NCBI GenBank assembly: GCA_050290185.1
Contig: JBNKHE010000004.1
Span: 192,001 to 256,000, forward strand
Origin: Pontiella sp.
GTDB lineage: Bacteria > Verrucomicrobiota > Kiritimatiellia > Kiritimatiellales > Pontiellaceae
Direction: 5' to 3'
DNA: 64,000 bases
In this document: positions 1-9,374 of the stretch, piece after piece
Position numbering within the stretch: the first letter of the stretch is position 1
How the letters are laid out: every line of letters starts with the position of its first letter
The notes under the pieces: generated by a model
What the model saw: the letters and a program-made list of their open reading frames with translations, nothing else
Databases searched by the model: none
What the model was told of the DNA's origin: nothing
Program-made: the position numbers and the translations under genes

Positions 1-564
1 GTGTCCAAGCTTCGGATTGATCAGCGCAAAGGCGGGTGCCGTTTGTTCATCAGGTTCATGGTGATCGGTTACAATCACGTCCACGCCCTGCCGCTGCGCA
101 TCGCCCACGCTATCGACGGAATTGGTACCGCAATCCACCGTCACGATCAGACGCGGATTGTGCTCTGCAATACAACGTTCAATGGCATCGGGCGAGAGAC
201 CATACCCTTCGTCAAGCCGGTCTGGCACAAAGGCATACACCCGGCCCCCCAGCGCGGAAAGCAACCGCACCAGCAGGGCCGTCGACGTCACGCCGTCGAC
301 ATCATAATCGCCGAACACCACGATGGTTTCGCCCCCATTGATCGCAGTCCAGATACGGTTCGCGGCCTTCGTCATGCAGGGCAGGGAAAAAGGATCGGTC
401 AGGTCGGCCAAACGCGGGTTCAAAAACTCCTCTGCAATGACGGGATCCTCGAATCCACGCAGTACCAGTATGCGGGCCATGGGTAGCGGCAACTCCAGCT
501 GCCGGACCAGTTTTTCAACGGCAGCGGGATCCGCGGTTGGGATTTTCCATTTCTTCAGAGCCAT
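1..564 (-). CDS. recJ: ssDNA exonuclease RecJ (5' part, runs off window)
   Basis: Manual translation MALKKWKIP...; DHH-family motifs GDYDVDG, PDRLDEGYG, TVDCG, TDHH. Not in the ORF track because it is truncated. Confidence 0.93.
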   Translation of the reverse strand, partial: MALKKWKIPTADPAAVEKLVRQLELPLPMARILVLRGFEDPVIAEEFLNPRLADLTDPFSLPCMTKAANRIWTAINGGETIVVFGDYDVDGVTSTALLVRLLSALGGRVYAFVPDRLDEGYGLSPDAIERCIAEHNPRLIVTVDCGTNSVDSVGDAQRQGVDVIVTDHHEPDEQTAPAFALINPKLGH

Positions 565-569
565 GAGGA

Positions 570-1967
570 TTAACGTCCTGCCCGAAGGAAGCGGGAAACC
601 AGGGATTTGATGAGTATCTTTAAATCTTCGTACAGCGAGCGGATATGCGCATACCACAGCGAGTCGGTTAACCGGTCGGATTCCTTGTTGTAATCCTGAT
701 AGCAGAACACGCCCGGATAGTATTCGGGAAGCTGCTTGATCAGTTCATCGTCCTCGGGATGGCGCATGGGCGGCTGACCGCAAAGAAAAAGCCGGCCGCG
801 GACAGCGCGCACAAGCAGGGGGAAGCGATCCAGCGACAACGCCTTGAATATGCTGAAAGCGGGGGATTTTCGATTTTTAAGCTTCTTGAGCATGGGCAAC
901 GATATATGGCCGGTGCGTGGATCATGGAACAACAGGTATTCGTATTTGGCAGTACCGCGGAGACGCACGAGTGGATAGAGCAGCAGGAACGGAATCGTCT
1001 GCAGCACCATGATGCCGACGGCGACAAACCATAGGATCAGGTAGCGGACAAAATCTTCCGTCCGCATGGCGGGTCGGTTGCGTGCAACGAGCCACGAATC
1101 ATCGATCTCCACCACGGTGCCGTCGTCGGGGCTGATCACCCTGTTCCCGGCAACAATTTTACCATGTATATCGAGATTGCGCCCGATATAGGTATCGGAC
1201 AACACCAGACAATCCATCAGTTCGGTGTTCGCATCGACAATCACATGACTGTCCACCACGGCATTGGGCCCGATCGTTGTCATGGGCCCGAAACGGCAGT
1301 CGTCGCCAATAAGCACCGGTGCCTGCAGATGACTGGAAGGCGGTGTGTGAACATTGTAGCCGACCGAACTACGGTCGCCCGTGGAAAAGCCGGCCGTGGT
1401 GTAGCGAGCAAACTCGCCCAGCACCATCTTCATGTTCAGATCAAAATAGGAACTTATCGACGTGATGGTCCACGGCTGAATGTGGACCTGTTCCAGCCCC
1501 CGGCCGGAACCGGTTGCGTCATTCAGGAGTCCATCAACTTCATCATGGTTCCTGCCATAGAGAAAGTGGAGGTTTTCCGGTGTTCCATACCGGCAGGCTG
1601 TCAGCGCATGGAACCCCTTGACCGCGAAGGCCTGGCGGCGACGCATGAAAAACGGATAGCCCAGATACAGAAGCCCCTCATCCAACGAACCCGAAATGGA
1701 ACGCAGAAATCCACTATCGGTTTCCCCCGAGCGCGCAAACGCGTATTCAATCTTGAGATTCCAGCGTTTGCCATCCTTCGTATAATCCTCGATGTGCTTG
1801 GCCTGCTCGCCGAGCACCACCTGCACCTCGCGGATACCCAGCTCGGAACACAACTCCAGCCAATAATCCATGAGCGGACGGTTGGCCACCGGAAGGAGCG
1901 GCCACGGAGGGCCACCAATATCCGCGGCCCATCCACAGGCCTTTGACGTGTTCAGAACGGCGATCAT
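570..1967 (-). CDS. Degenerate NTP-transferase + LbH + bacterial sugar-transferase-like fusion
   Basis: N-terminal PLLPVANRPL; hexapeptide-like middle (VLIGDDCRFGPMTTIGPNAVV); TM helix; C-terminal LDRFPLL..GRLFLCGQPP and SLYEDLKILIKS. Confidence 0.7.
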   Translation of the reverse strand: MIAVLNTSKACGWAADIGGPPWPLLPVANRPLMDYWLELCSELGIREVQVVLGEQAKHIEDYTKDGKRWNLKIEYAFARSGETDSGFLRSISGSLDEGLLYLGYPFFMRRRQAFAVKGFHALTACRYGTPENLHFLYGRNHDEVDGLLNDATGSGRGLEQVHIQPWTITSISSYFDLNMKMVLGEFARYTTAGFSTGDRSSVGYNVHTPPSSHLQAPVLIGDDCRFGPMTTIGPNAVVDSHVIVDANTELMDCLVLSDTYIGRNLDIHGKIVAGNRVISPDDGTVVEIDDSWLVARNRPAMRTEDFVRYLILWFVAVGIMVLQTIPFLLLYPLVRLRGTAKYEYLLFHDPRTGHISLPMLKKLKNRKSPAFSIFKALSLDRFPLLVRAVRGRLFLCGQPPMRHPEDDELIKQLPEYYPGVFCYQDYNKESDRLTDSLWYAHIRSLYEDLKILIKSLVSRFLRAGR

Positions 1968-1981
1968 AGCTGCAGGTTGCT

Positions 1982-2323
1982 CTACGAGGTGAAAGCCCGG
2001 AGGGCATCATCCACACTGTTGTAGATTTCAAAAACCTTATGGGCCCGGGTAATTTCAAAAACCATACGCGGCTTTTTTTGCAGACAGGCCAGTCGCATGT
2101 CGCCTCCGTTTTCCGTAATCCGCTTCAATGCGGCTATCAATGTGCCCAATCCGGCGGAATCCATGAACTCCACTGCGGCAAGATCCACCACATAATTCTT
2201 CACATCGCGTTCACGCTCCTGCCAATCCGACAACTCCTTGCGGAATGAATCGACCGTTGCGGCAGTCAATGAACTTTCAACCCGGACGACCCCGATTCCC
2301 TTAATTCTGCTGCAATTAATCAC
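1982..2323 (-). CDS. STAS-domain anti-sigma factor antagonist
   Basis: VVDLAAVEFMDSAGLG motif with the phosphorylatable Ser. Confidence 0.92.
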   Translation of the reverse strand: MINCSRIKGIGVVRVESSLTAATVDSFRKELSDWQERERDVKNYVVDLAAVEFMDSAGLGTLIAALKRITENGGDMRLACLQKKPRMVFEITRAHKVFEIYNSVDDALRAFTS

Positions 2324-2335
2324 ATCTGTCTCCCA

Positions 2336-3070
2336 TTAATACGCCCCCCGGCCAAACAGCACTGCGGGAACGGTTTTCAAAACAATCACAAAATCCTTCC
2401 AGATACTCTGGCTTTGGATGTACTGCATGTCGAGGCTCAGCTGCCCGCCGAAAGGAATATCCGACCGGCCGCTGATCTGCCAGAGACAGGTCAGGCCGGG
2501 TTTCACATGCAGGCGTTTCCGATCTGACAACGAATAGCATTTCACCTCTTCGGGCAGCGGCGGTCGCGGGCCGACGATGGAAAGATTGCCGATGAGAACA
2601 TTCAGCAGCTGCGGCAACTCATCCATACTGAAGCGGCGGAAAAAACGGCCGCACCGCAATACACGCGGATCATTCTTCATCTTGAAGGTCACCCCGTCGG
2701 TCGATTCATTCCGCTCCAACAGCCCCTGCTGCATCTGTTCAGCATCGCGGCACATGGTCCGGAATTTGAACATCTTGAATTCACGCCCGTCCAGACCGAC
2801 CCGCTTCTGGGAAAAAATCACAGGGAATCCGTCCTCGACAATGAGGCAGACAGCAATCAGGACAAACAGCGGCAACAACAGCAACAAGAGCACCGTGCTC
2901 AGCAGGAGATCGAACGTGCGCTTAACAACCAGCAATCCCCGAAGCATCGACTCCCATACGAGCAGGCGCGACCGTTGCTTCCATTTCAGAATCTGCACAT
3001 CCGCCTTGGAGATGGGAATCTCCATCTTATTGAACATTTGCCTGCGGGCGCGATAGATCGGTTCGTTCAT
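2336..3070 (-). CDS. Priming phosphoglycosyl transferase (bacterial sugar transferase)
   Basis: KRTFD, KFRTM, DPRV, SMDELPQLLNV, IVGPRP, KPGLTCLWQISGR, DMQY motifs. Confidence 0.93.
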   Translation of the reverse strand: MNEPIYRARRQMFNKMEIPISKADVQILKWKQRSRLLVWESMLRGLLVVKRTFDLLLSTVLLLLLLPLFVLIAVCLIVEDGFPVIFSQKRVGLDGREFKMFKFRTMCRDAEQMQQGLLERNESTDGVTFKMKNDPRVLRCGRFFRRFSMDELPQLLNVLIGNLSIVGPRPPLPEEVKCYSLSDRKRLHVKPGLTCLWQISGRSDIPFGGQLSLDMQYIQSQSIWKDFVIVLKTVPAVLFGRGAY

Positions 3071-4710
3071 CGCGGGCTCCCTTCATCGATAATTGTACAA
3101 AAAGTCAGGTTCTGGTTCTGGACCCGGTAGCGCTCGATCCGGTCGGTGATGGCATTCGTGATAGCCACTCCCCGTCCGCGTTCTCCCATGTAGGCATCTT
3201 CCAATTCCCGGCTGAGGGCCTCTTCCAGATCCCATTCGGCCCCCTTGTCACGCATTACCATTTGGCAGACCTTTCCATCCACCCGCAATTGCAACCAATA
3301 GGACTCATCTTCGTTCAAGCCTCCATGTTCAACGAGATTGGCTCCGAGTTCCATGATCAGCAACCGCACCATCGCCGCAGTATCATGGGAAATGCCCTGA
3401 GACATCACCGCAACCTCCGCCTGTTTGGCCACATCGGAAACCAGATAGATATTTTTTGGAACATGTTTCTCCAGAACAATTTTCACCGGATCAAGCATAT
3501 GAATCGAAATGGCCGTACAGTCGTCGGATGACAGGTCGAACCCTTCGGACTCCAGAATCTCCAACAGCCTGGCCGGCTTGTCCGGCGCACTGGGATCAGC
3601 CACCACTTCCCGGTAGACATCCGCCATGCGTTCTCCGCATTCCTGACGAGTGGTATGGTGGCGCCCTTCCAGAAGACCGTCGGTGTAAAGCAGCAGGAAG
3701 GTATTTCCATCATCTTTGAAAACCACTTCGTCATGGGCGGTATAGGGCCGTTCCGGACCGAACGGAAAGCCGATCGGCGAACCGCCCGCTTTGCTGAAAA
3801 CCGACGAATCTCCCAGTTTTCCGTTGCTGATGAATACGGGGTTGGGGTGTCCGCAGTTCATGCATCGCCATTCCAACGATTCCGGGTCATGCACCGCAAC
3901 AAACATGGTGGCAAAGTAGGCCGGATTATCGATGCGCCGCCGGATCACCATATTCAATGCGTTGCAGATTTCCGCCGGCCCCTTGTCCGCGTAGCGGTAG
4001 ATCATCTCACTGGCAGTTGCCTTCAGCAACGCGGAAATCATCGCCGGCGCAACACCGTGTCCTGACACATCGGCCACATAGATACAGTGTTTCCCGTCTG
4101 GCAGTGCGATGATATCAAAGGCATCCCCTCCCACATCCAGACAGGTATGGTAGGCAATCCGCACCTCGAACCGATGGGAAAAATGAGGGACATTCGAAAA
4201 AAGCGAACGCTGGATGGAGCCCGCAAGCTCCAAGTCCCGCGACACACGGCTGTTCCAAATCATCAGCTCGTCATTACTCTTCTTCAGCGCCAGGGCATTG
4301 CCGACCCGAAGCACCAGTTCGCGAGGATTAAAGGGCTTGCGGATATAGTCGATCGCGCCCAGCTCAAAACCAGTTTCAATGTCCTCGATCTTCGACTTGG
4401 CCGTTACCATGATCACCGGGGTGCGTTCCGTGCGCGGATCGTCGCGCAGACGGCCGCATAATTCGAAACCATCCATCTCCGGCATCATCACATCCACCAG
4501 GACAAGGTCGAGTACCTTTTTCGCAGCAAGGGCCAACGCCGCGGGGCCGCTGTCGGCATCGAATACCTCACAGCCACGGGCTTCGAGTAGTTTTCGCATA
4601 TAGAGCCGGTTCGGCAATTCGTCATCAACAACCAGCACACGTCCTCTCAGACACTGCGATAACCGGGAGGGTGACGGATCGGAACTGACGGCCTGGTTGT
4701 CCAACGGCAT
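3067..4710 (-). CDS. REC-PP2C(SpoIIE)-HATPase(RsbW-like) regulator, HsbR-like
   Basis: REC (VVDDE, DVMMP, KPF); PP2C (GGDAFD, ADVSGHG, YTDGL, DDCT); kinase (ELGANLVEHG, RDKG, GRG). Confidence 0.9.
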   Translation of the reverse strand: MPLDNQAVSSDPSPSRLSQCLRGRVLVVDDELPNRLYMRKLLEARGCEVFDADSGPAALALAAKKVLDLVLVDVMMPEMDGFELCGRLRDDPRTERTPVIMVTAKSKIEDIETGFELGAIDYIRKPFNPRELVLRVGNALALKKSNDELMIWNSRVSRDLELAGSIQRSLFSNVPHFSHRFEVRIAYHTCLDVGGDAFDIIALPDGKHCIYVADVSGHGVAPAMISALLKATASEMIYRYADKGPAEICNALNMVIRRRIDNPAYFATMFVAVHDPESLEWRCMNCGHPNPVFISNGKLGDSSVFSKAGGSPIGFPFGPERPYTAHDEVVFKDDGNTFLLLYTDGLLEGRHHTTRQECGERMADVYREVVADPSAPDKPARLLEILESEGFDLSSDDCTAISIHMLDPVKIVLEKHVPKNIYLVSDVAKQAEVAVMSQGISHDTAAMVRLLIMELGANLVEHGGLNEDESYWLQLRVDGKVCQMVMRDKGAEWDLEEALSRELEDAYMGERGRGVAITNAITDRIERYRVQNQNLTFCTIIDEGSPR

Positions 4711-4718
4711 GTATTCTC

Positions 4719-5069
4719 CTAGTCAAGCGTTGTCAGCCAGTTCGCCAAGGCATCCGTCATGCGACGGGCGTCCGGCAGTCGGTCTTCCTTGGCCGCGTTT
4801 TCAATGTTCAGGCCCAGTACGGAAATCTCGGGAAGCCCGATGGTACCCCCCATACCTTTGATCGAATGGGCCGCCATGCGAACCATTTCCGGGTCGTTGT
4901 TCTCCACGCCTTCCTGCAGTTCGCCGGTCAACCGTTTCAGCTCTTCAATAAAAATCTCGATCAGTTCATCGTCCACTTCGTCAGTGGCCACCACAAACTG
5001 GCTAAGCTGGCCTTCAAGTCCGGGAATCAGATCTTCAACCCAACCTACATTACCTGGAATATTCGCCAT
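4719..5069 (-). CDS. Hpt phosphotransfer protein
   Basis: AAHSIKGMGGTIG motif; AGGAGG RBS. Confidence 0.9.
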   Translation of the reverse strand: MANIPGNVGWVEDLIPGLEGQLSQFVVATDEVDDELIEIFIEELKRLTGELQEGVENNDPEMVRMAAHSIKGMGGTIGLPEISVLGLNIENAAKEDRLPDARRMTDALANWLTTLD

Positions 5070-5211
5070 CACTACCTCCTATAGGAACCTGCTTTGTTAC
5101 AATTTCAAATCATATCAACATTGCATGGGGAGGCAAATACGCAATAACACCTTTTGAGATAATCAATTACCAAGAAACAGGCAAGGCACCTATTCTGGAT
5201 CGGCGGACGGA

Positions 5212-6450
5212 TTAAAGCGTGAACAACGTCCGCGACATCGGCACCGTTTCCACGGCGGCCTCGATCCCGATCTCCGCCTGGCCTACCCGTTCGCCGAATG
5301 CATTGCGCAGCATGGCGAGACTGCTCTGATAGATGGTTTCATATTCCGACAGCGGGGTTTCGATATCAGTCACTAGATCGAAAGAAATACGAAACGGCGG
5401 TGCAGCCCCTTCCGCTCTCAGGTCATGCACATCCACCAATCGCGATTCGCTGGAAACATATCTCTTTAACACGTGGTTCAGCTCTTCAAAAAGCGGATGG
5501 GAACGATCCACCGGATCCGCGTGGGCCACAGCACGCCAACCCAGCTGCGTTTCCACGGCCTCTTCGGCCATTTCGGAAATCTCATGAGCGGCTACCAGGC
5601 TCATATTTGCATCCACTTCAATGTGGAATGAGACCATATGCACGTCGCCATACTGGTGTACGACAATGTCATGAGCCCCCATCACTCCCTCGACGCCTAC
5701 CACGGTTTTGTAGATCTCGCGTACGGTTTGTGGATCGGGCTTTTCACCCAGCAGCTTGTCGATGGCCTCGCGGGCGTAGGCCACCCCCGTGAAAATAATG
5801 AATATGGCAACGCCAAGAGCCATCCAGCCATCCAGCCCCCCCCATCCCATCCTTGCGCTGATCAATGCCACCACAACCATCAACGTGCAAACAATATCGA
5901 ACGTATGGTTCCACGCATCGGCCTCGAGCGTGTGCGACTTGGTCATCCTCGCCAACACCCGGGCAAAAACCGCCATCCAGCTTTTCAAAGCCACCGTAAT
6001 TCCCACGGTAATGAGAAGCCATCCCGGTGCCTCAATAGGTTTCGGATAGATCAGTCGACCAATCCCCGACTGGGCCACTTCGACGCCGACCAGGATCAAG
6101 GCGATCGACAACACCAACGTGGCAACGGCTTCAATACGCCCATGGCCGAAGGGATGTTTTTCATCACGTGGCTTCCGGGACCACTGGAACCCCAGAGCAA
6201 TCACGAGACTGCTCCCCACATCGGTAAGATTGTTCGTCGCATCGGCCAGCATCGAAACACTGCCTGAAACCAGACCCAGCCAACCCTTGGCCACGGCCAG
6301 CAACATACTCAGCACCGTGCTCGTCCATCCGGCCAGCATCCCCAGTCTGGTCCGGTTTTCGTGGCAGTCCGGAGCGGAATCCGGATCCATCACCCGGCGC
6401 AGCAACAGCTTCATTACCGGACAGGGCATCTTTGGTTTTTGAACAGTCAT
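5212..6450 (-). CDS. Cation diffusion facilitator transporter
   Basis: ADATNNLTD, HPFGHGRIE, DAWNHTFD motifs; start uncertain. Confidence 0.9.
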   Translation of the reverse strand: MTVQKPKMPCPVMKLLLRRVMDPDSAPDCHENRTRLGMLAGWTSTVLSMLLAVAKGWLGLVSGSVSMLADATNNLTDVGSSLVIALGFQWSRKPRDEKHPFGHGRIEAVATLVLSIALILVGVEVAQSGIGRLIYPKPIEAPGWLLITVGITVALKSWMAVFARVLARMTKSHTLEADAWNHTFDIVCTLMVVVALISARMGWGGLDGWMALGVAIFIIFTGVAYAREAIDKLLGEKPDPQTVREIYKTVVGVEGVMGAHDIVVHQYGDVHMVSFHIEVDANMSLVAAHEISEMAEEAVETQLGWRAVAHADPVDRSHPLFEELNHVLKRYVSSESRLVDVHDLRAEGAAPPFRISFDLVTDIETPLSEYETIYQSSLAMLRNAFGERVGQAEIGIEAAVETVPMSRTLFTL

Positions 6451-6457
6451 GATCAAT

Positions 6458-6490
6458 GAAAAGGCGTTCCTGCAAATGCGGGAACGCCTT
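6458..6490 (-). terminator. Intrinsic terminator after secDF
   Basis: Minus-strand hairpin AAGGCGTTCCCGCA-TT-TGCAGGAACGCCTT followed by TTC. Confidence 0.6.
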
Positions 6491-6519
6491 GAAAGATAAA
6501 CCTTTCGAAGCCGAAAAGT

Positions 6520-9009
6520 CTACTTAACCTTCTCCTCCTTGTGCCACAGCAACACTACCGGTGTGGCAACAAAGATGGACGAATACGTCCCAACCACAAT
6601 ACCGATCAACAACGCCAGAGCGAAGTCGTAGACTGCGCCGCCGCCCAGGACCAGCAACATAACCACGGTCAGCAAAGTCGTGACGGAGGTCAGCACGGTG
6701 CGGCTGAGGGTCTGGTTGATCGACAGATTCGCGATCTCCTTGTAGGACTTGCCTTTGACCAGCTTAAGGTCCTCTCGGATTCGGTCAAACACCACAATGG
6801 TGTCGTTGACCGAATAACCTACGATCGTAAGCAAGGCTGCAATGATCGGCATGCTCAGCTCGCGACCGAATAGGCAATAGACCCCGATGGTAATCAGCAC
6901 GTCATGCGCCAAAGCCACAATCGCACCCATCGCAAAGGCAAACTCGAACCGGATCGAGATGTAGATGATGATCCCAATCAGCGCGAAGATGATGGCGGTG
7001 ATGCCCTTCTTCTTCAGTTCGGCCCCAATCTGGGAACCCACGCTGTCGTTCTTGACGTCTTCATAGTTTCCGGGCAACTGCTTAACGGCGGTCAGAGCCG
7101 GTTCTGCTTCCGCACCGGAAGCCCCCACCTTGACTTCAAGGAACTCATTGCCGTGTATGTCGGTCTGGTAAGCAATGTTGGCCGAAGCAAATCCGGCATC
7201 GCTCAATGCGCTGCGAACCACATCGGGGCCTTGCTTATCGTCAAATGTGAAGGTGATGACCGATCCACCCGTAAAGTCGACACCGAAGTTGTCATCCCCC
7301 TTCTTGATGAACCAGGCCCACGAGCAAATAATCAGCGCCAGCGACAGGAAGGCCGCAAATTTGCGTGCTCCCAGGAAATTAAAGTTGGCATTCTGGAGGA
7401 ACGGGAGCGAATTCATCTTCACCGACTTGAGAATGCCCGCATCCGCCATGGTGTTAAAGAACAGTCGGGTAATGACCAGCACAATGAACATGCTCACAAG
7501 AATACCGGCGCACAGCGTTACCGCGAAACCGCGAATCGGACCGGAACCTTTCCAGAATAGAATAATGGCCGTCAGTAAGGTGGTCACGTTCGCATCCAAA
7601 ATGGTACTGAAGGCCTTGTTGTAACCGGCGTTGATCGCACCGGATATCGACTTGCCCACTTTCCATTCTTCGCGCATGCGCTCGAAGGTTAGTACGTTCG
7701 CGTCTACCGCCATACCCACCGTCAAAACGATACCGGCAATACCGTACAAGGTCAGGGTCGGAAGGGCAACCGCCCCCCCTTCCAACGTGCCGGAAATAAC
7801 ACCCAGGAAACCGGCGGAAACCACCATACCCACCGGCAGGAGCAGTAATACAAACACCAGCGAAAGGTCGGCGATCAAGCCGGGTATCAGGTAATAGAAA
7901 AACATGAAGGCCACCACGGCAACAGCCCCCCAGATGATGGCTTGTCGACCACTGCTGATCGAATCCCGGCCCAAAGTCGGGGCAACGGTCCGTTCTTCAA
8001 CAATCTGGACACGGCCAGGCAGCGCACCTGCACGCAGGACGTTCACAATCGTGCGGGCTTCCTTAACACTGAAACCACCGGTGATCTGTGCACTTCCCCC
8101 GTAGATCGCTTCATTGATATTCGGGGATGAATACAGCGTGTTGTCGAGAATGATGGCCAATTGCCGGCCCGTGTTGGCTTCGGTCACCTGGCCAAAACTC
8201 TTCGCACCCTCTTTGTCAAACTCGAGGCCGATGTAGGGCTGGTTGAGCTGGTCGTAGCGCACAGTAGAGTTCTTGATGGAGTCGCCTCCCAGCTGCAGAC
8301 GGCGTTCAATGTACGCCGGGCGGTAGATGGTGGAACCATCCTTGTGGCGATCCTTCTGAAGCATGAAGTCGGCATATTTATCGCCAAAACTTTTCAGCTC
8401 TTCGTAGTACTCGCGGGTAAGCTCCGCATCAGACATGGCATCCTGGTCCCGTACATAAATGGGACCCTGGCCATCTTCGCCAATCAGTCTAAATCCCTTG
8501 GGAACCTGGCCGGACTGGGTGAGTTCGCGCACCCAGTCAGCACTTTCCTGGGCAACCAGTTTAAAGCTCAGCACGCCGTCGCGCATGATCTGTTCCTTGG
8601 CTTCCGCGCGGGTCTTGGCATCCGCACCCGGCAAGCGCACAACAATGCGCTTGTCGCCTTCCGGATAGATTTCCGGCTCGGTGGTGCCCAGCACGTCAAT
8701 ACGGTTCCGGATCATCTCCACCGCACTGTCCTGCACTTCCTTGATCTTTTTCTGCAGGGCGGATTCGGGAATCTCGTCGACCGATTTAAATTCGTCATCG
8801 GCCTCGACCATCTTCTGTTTGACGTCTTCGACATCAACTTCCACGACAAAGCTCGATCCGCCCTTGAGATCGAGACCCAGTTTAACCTTGCCGCGCTTAA
8901 CCACGTGGCCCTGATCATCCTTGACATCGAACGGCGGCGTTACCAGTGCGAGAGAGGCAAGAATCAGGAAGCCGAGCAGCAACCATTTCCAAAGCTTGTT
9001 CTTATCCAT
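6520..9009 (-). CDS. secDF: Fused protein translocase SecDF
   Basis: LGLDLKGG, GMAVDANV, TILDANVTT, GVDFTGG, GYSVNDTIVVFDRIRE. Confidence 0.97.
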   Translation of the reverse strand: MDKNKLWKWLLLGFLILASLALVTPPFDVKDDQGHVVKRGKVKLGLDLKGGSSFVVEVDVEDVKQKMVEADDEFKSVDEIPESALQKKIKEVQDSAVEMIRNRIDVLGTTEPEIYPEGDKRIVVRLPGADAKTRAEAKEQIMRDGVLSFKLVAQESADWVRELTQSGQVPKGFRLIGEDGQGPIYVRDQDAMSDAELTREYYEELKSFGDKYADFMLQKDRHKDGSTIYRPAYIERRLQLGGDSIKNSTVRYDQLNQPYIGLEFDKEGAKSFGQVTEANTGRQLAIILDNTLYSSPNINEAIYGGSAQITGGFSVKEARTIVNVLRAGALPGRVQIVEERTVAPTLGRDSISSGRQAIIWGAVAVVAFMFFYYLIPGLIADLSLVFVLLLLPVGMVVSAGFLGVISGTLEGGAVALPTLTLYGIAGIVLTVGMAVDANVLTFERMREEWKVGKSISGAINAGYNKAFSTILDANVTTLLTAIILFWKGSGPIRGFAVTLCAGILVSMFIVLVITRLFFNTMADAGILKSVKMNSLPFLQNANFNFLGARKFAAFLSLALIICSWAWFIKKGDDNFGVDFTGGSVITFTFDDKQGPDVVRSALSDAGFASANIAYQTDIHGNEFLEVKVGASGAEAEPALTAVKQLPGNYEDVKNDSVGSQIGAELKKKGITAIIFALIGIIIYISIRFEFAFAMGAIVALAHDVLITIGVYCLFGRELSMPIIAALLTIVGYSVNDTIVVFDRIREDLKLVKGKSYKEIANLSINQTLSRTVLTSVTTLLTVVMLLVLGGGAVYDFALALLIGIVVGTYSSIFVATPVVLLWHKEEKVK

Positions 9010-9023
9010 TGATAGCTACCTTT

Positions 9024-9374
9024 CTAGTTGGTCGATTCAATTTCCGAGGGTGTTTCATCCCTTTCCAAAATCTGGGAAATCGCGGCACGAACCACTTCGA
9101 TCTTGGTATTTTCGGCAATGCGGACGATCAGGGTGTTTTCCTTAACCTCCGTGATCTGGCCGATGATGCCGCTGGTCAGCAGTACACGGGCGCCGCTCTT
9201 GACACTGGCAATCATTTCCTTGCGCTCTTTTTCGCGGCGCTTCTGCGGGCGGATCATCACGAAATACATAATGGCGAAAATAATCGCCATCATGCCCAGC
9301 ATCCCGAATGGCGATTGCTGCTGGCCGGCGGCGGCCGGTGCGGCCTCTGCAATGGTAAGTGGTAACAGGTACAT
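9024..9374 (-). CDS. yajC: Preprotein translocase subunit YajC
   Basis: YFVMIRPQKRR motif; tgt-yajC-secD synteny. Confidence 0.95.
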   Translation of the reverse strand: MYLLPLTIAEAAPAAAGQQQSPFGMLGMMAIIFAIMYFVMIRPQKRREKERKEMIASVKSGARVLLTSGIIGQITEVKENTLIVRIAENTKIEVVRAAISQILERDETPSEIESTN

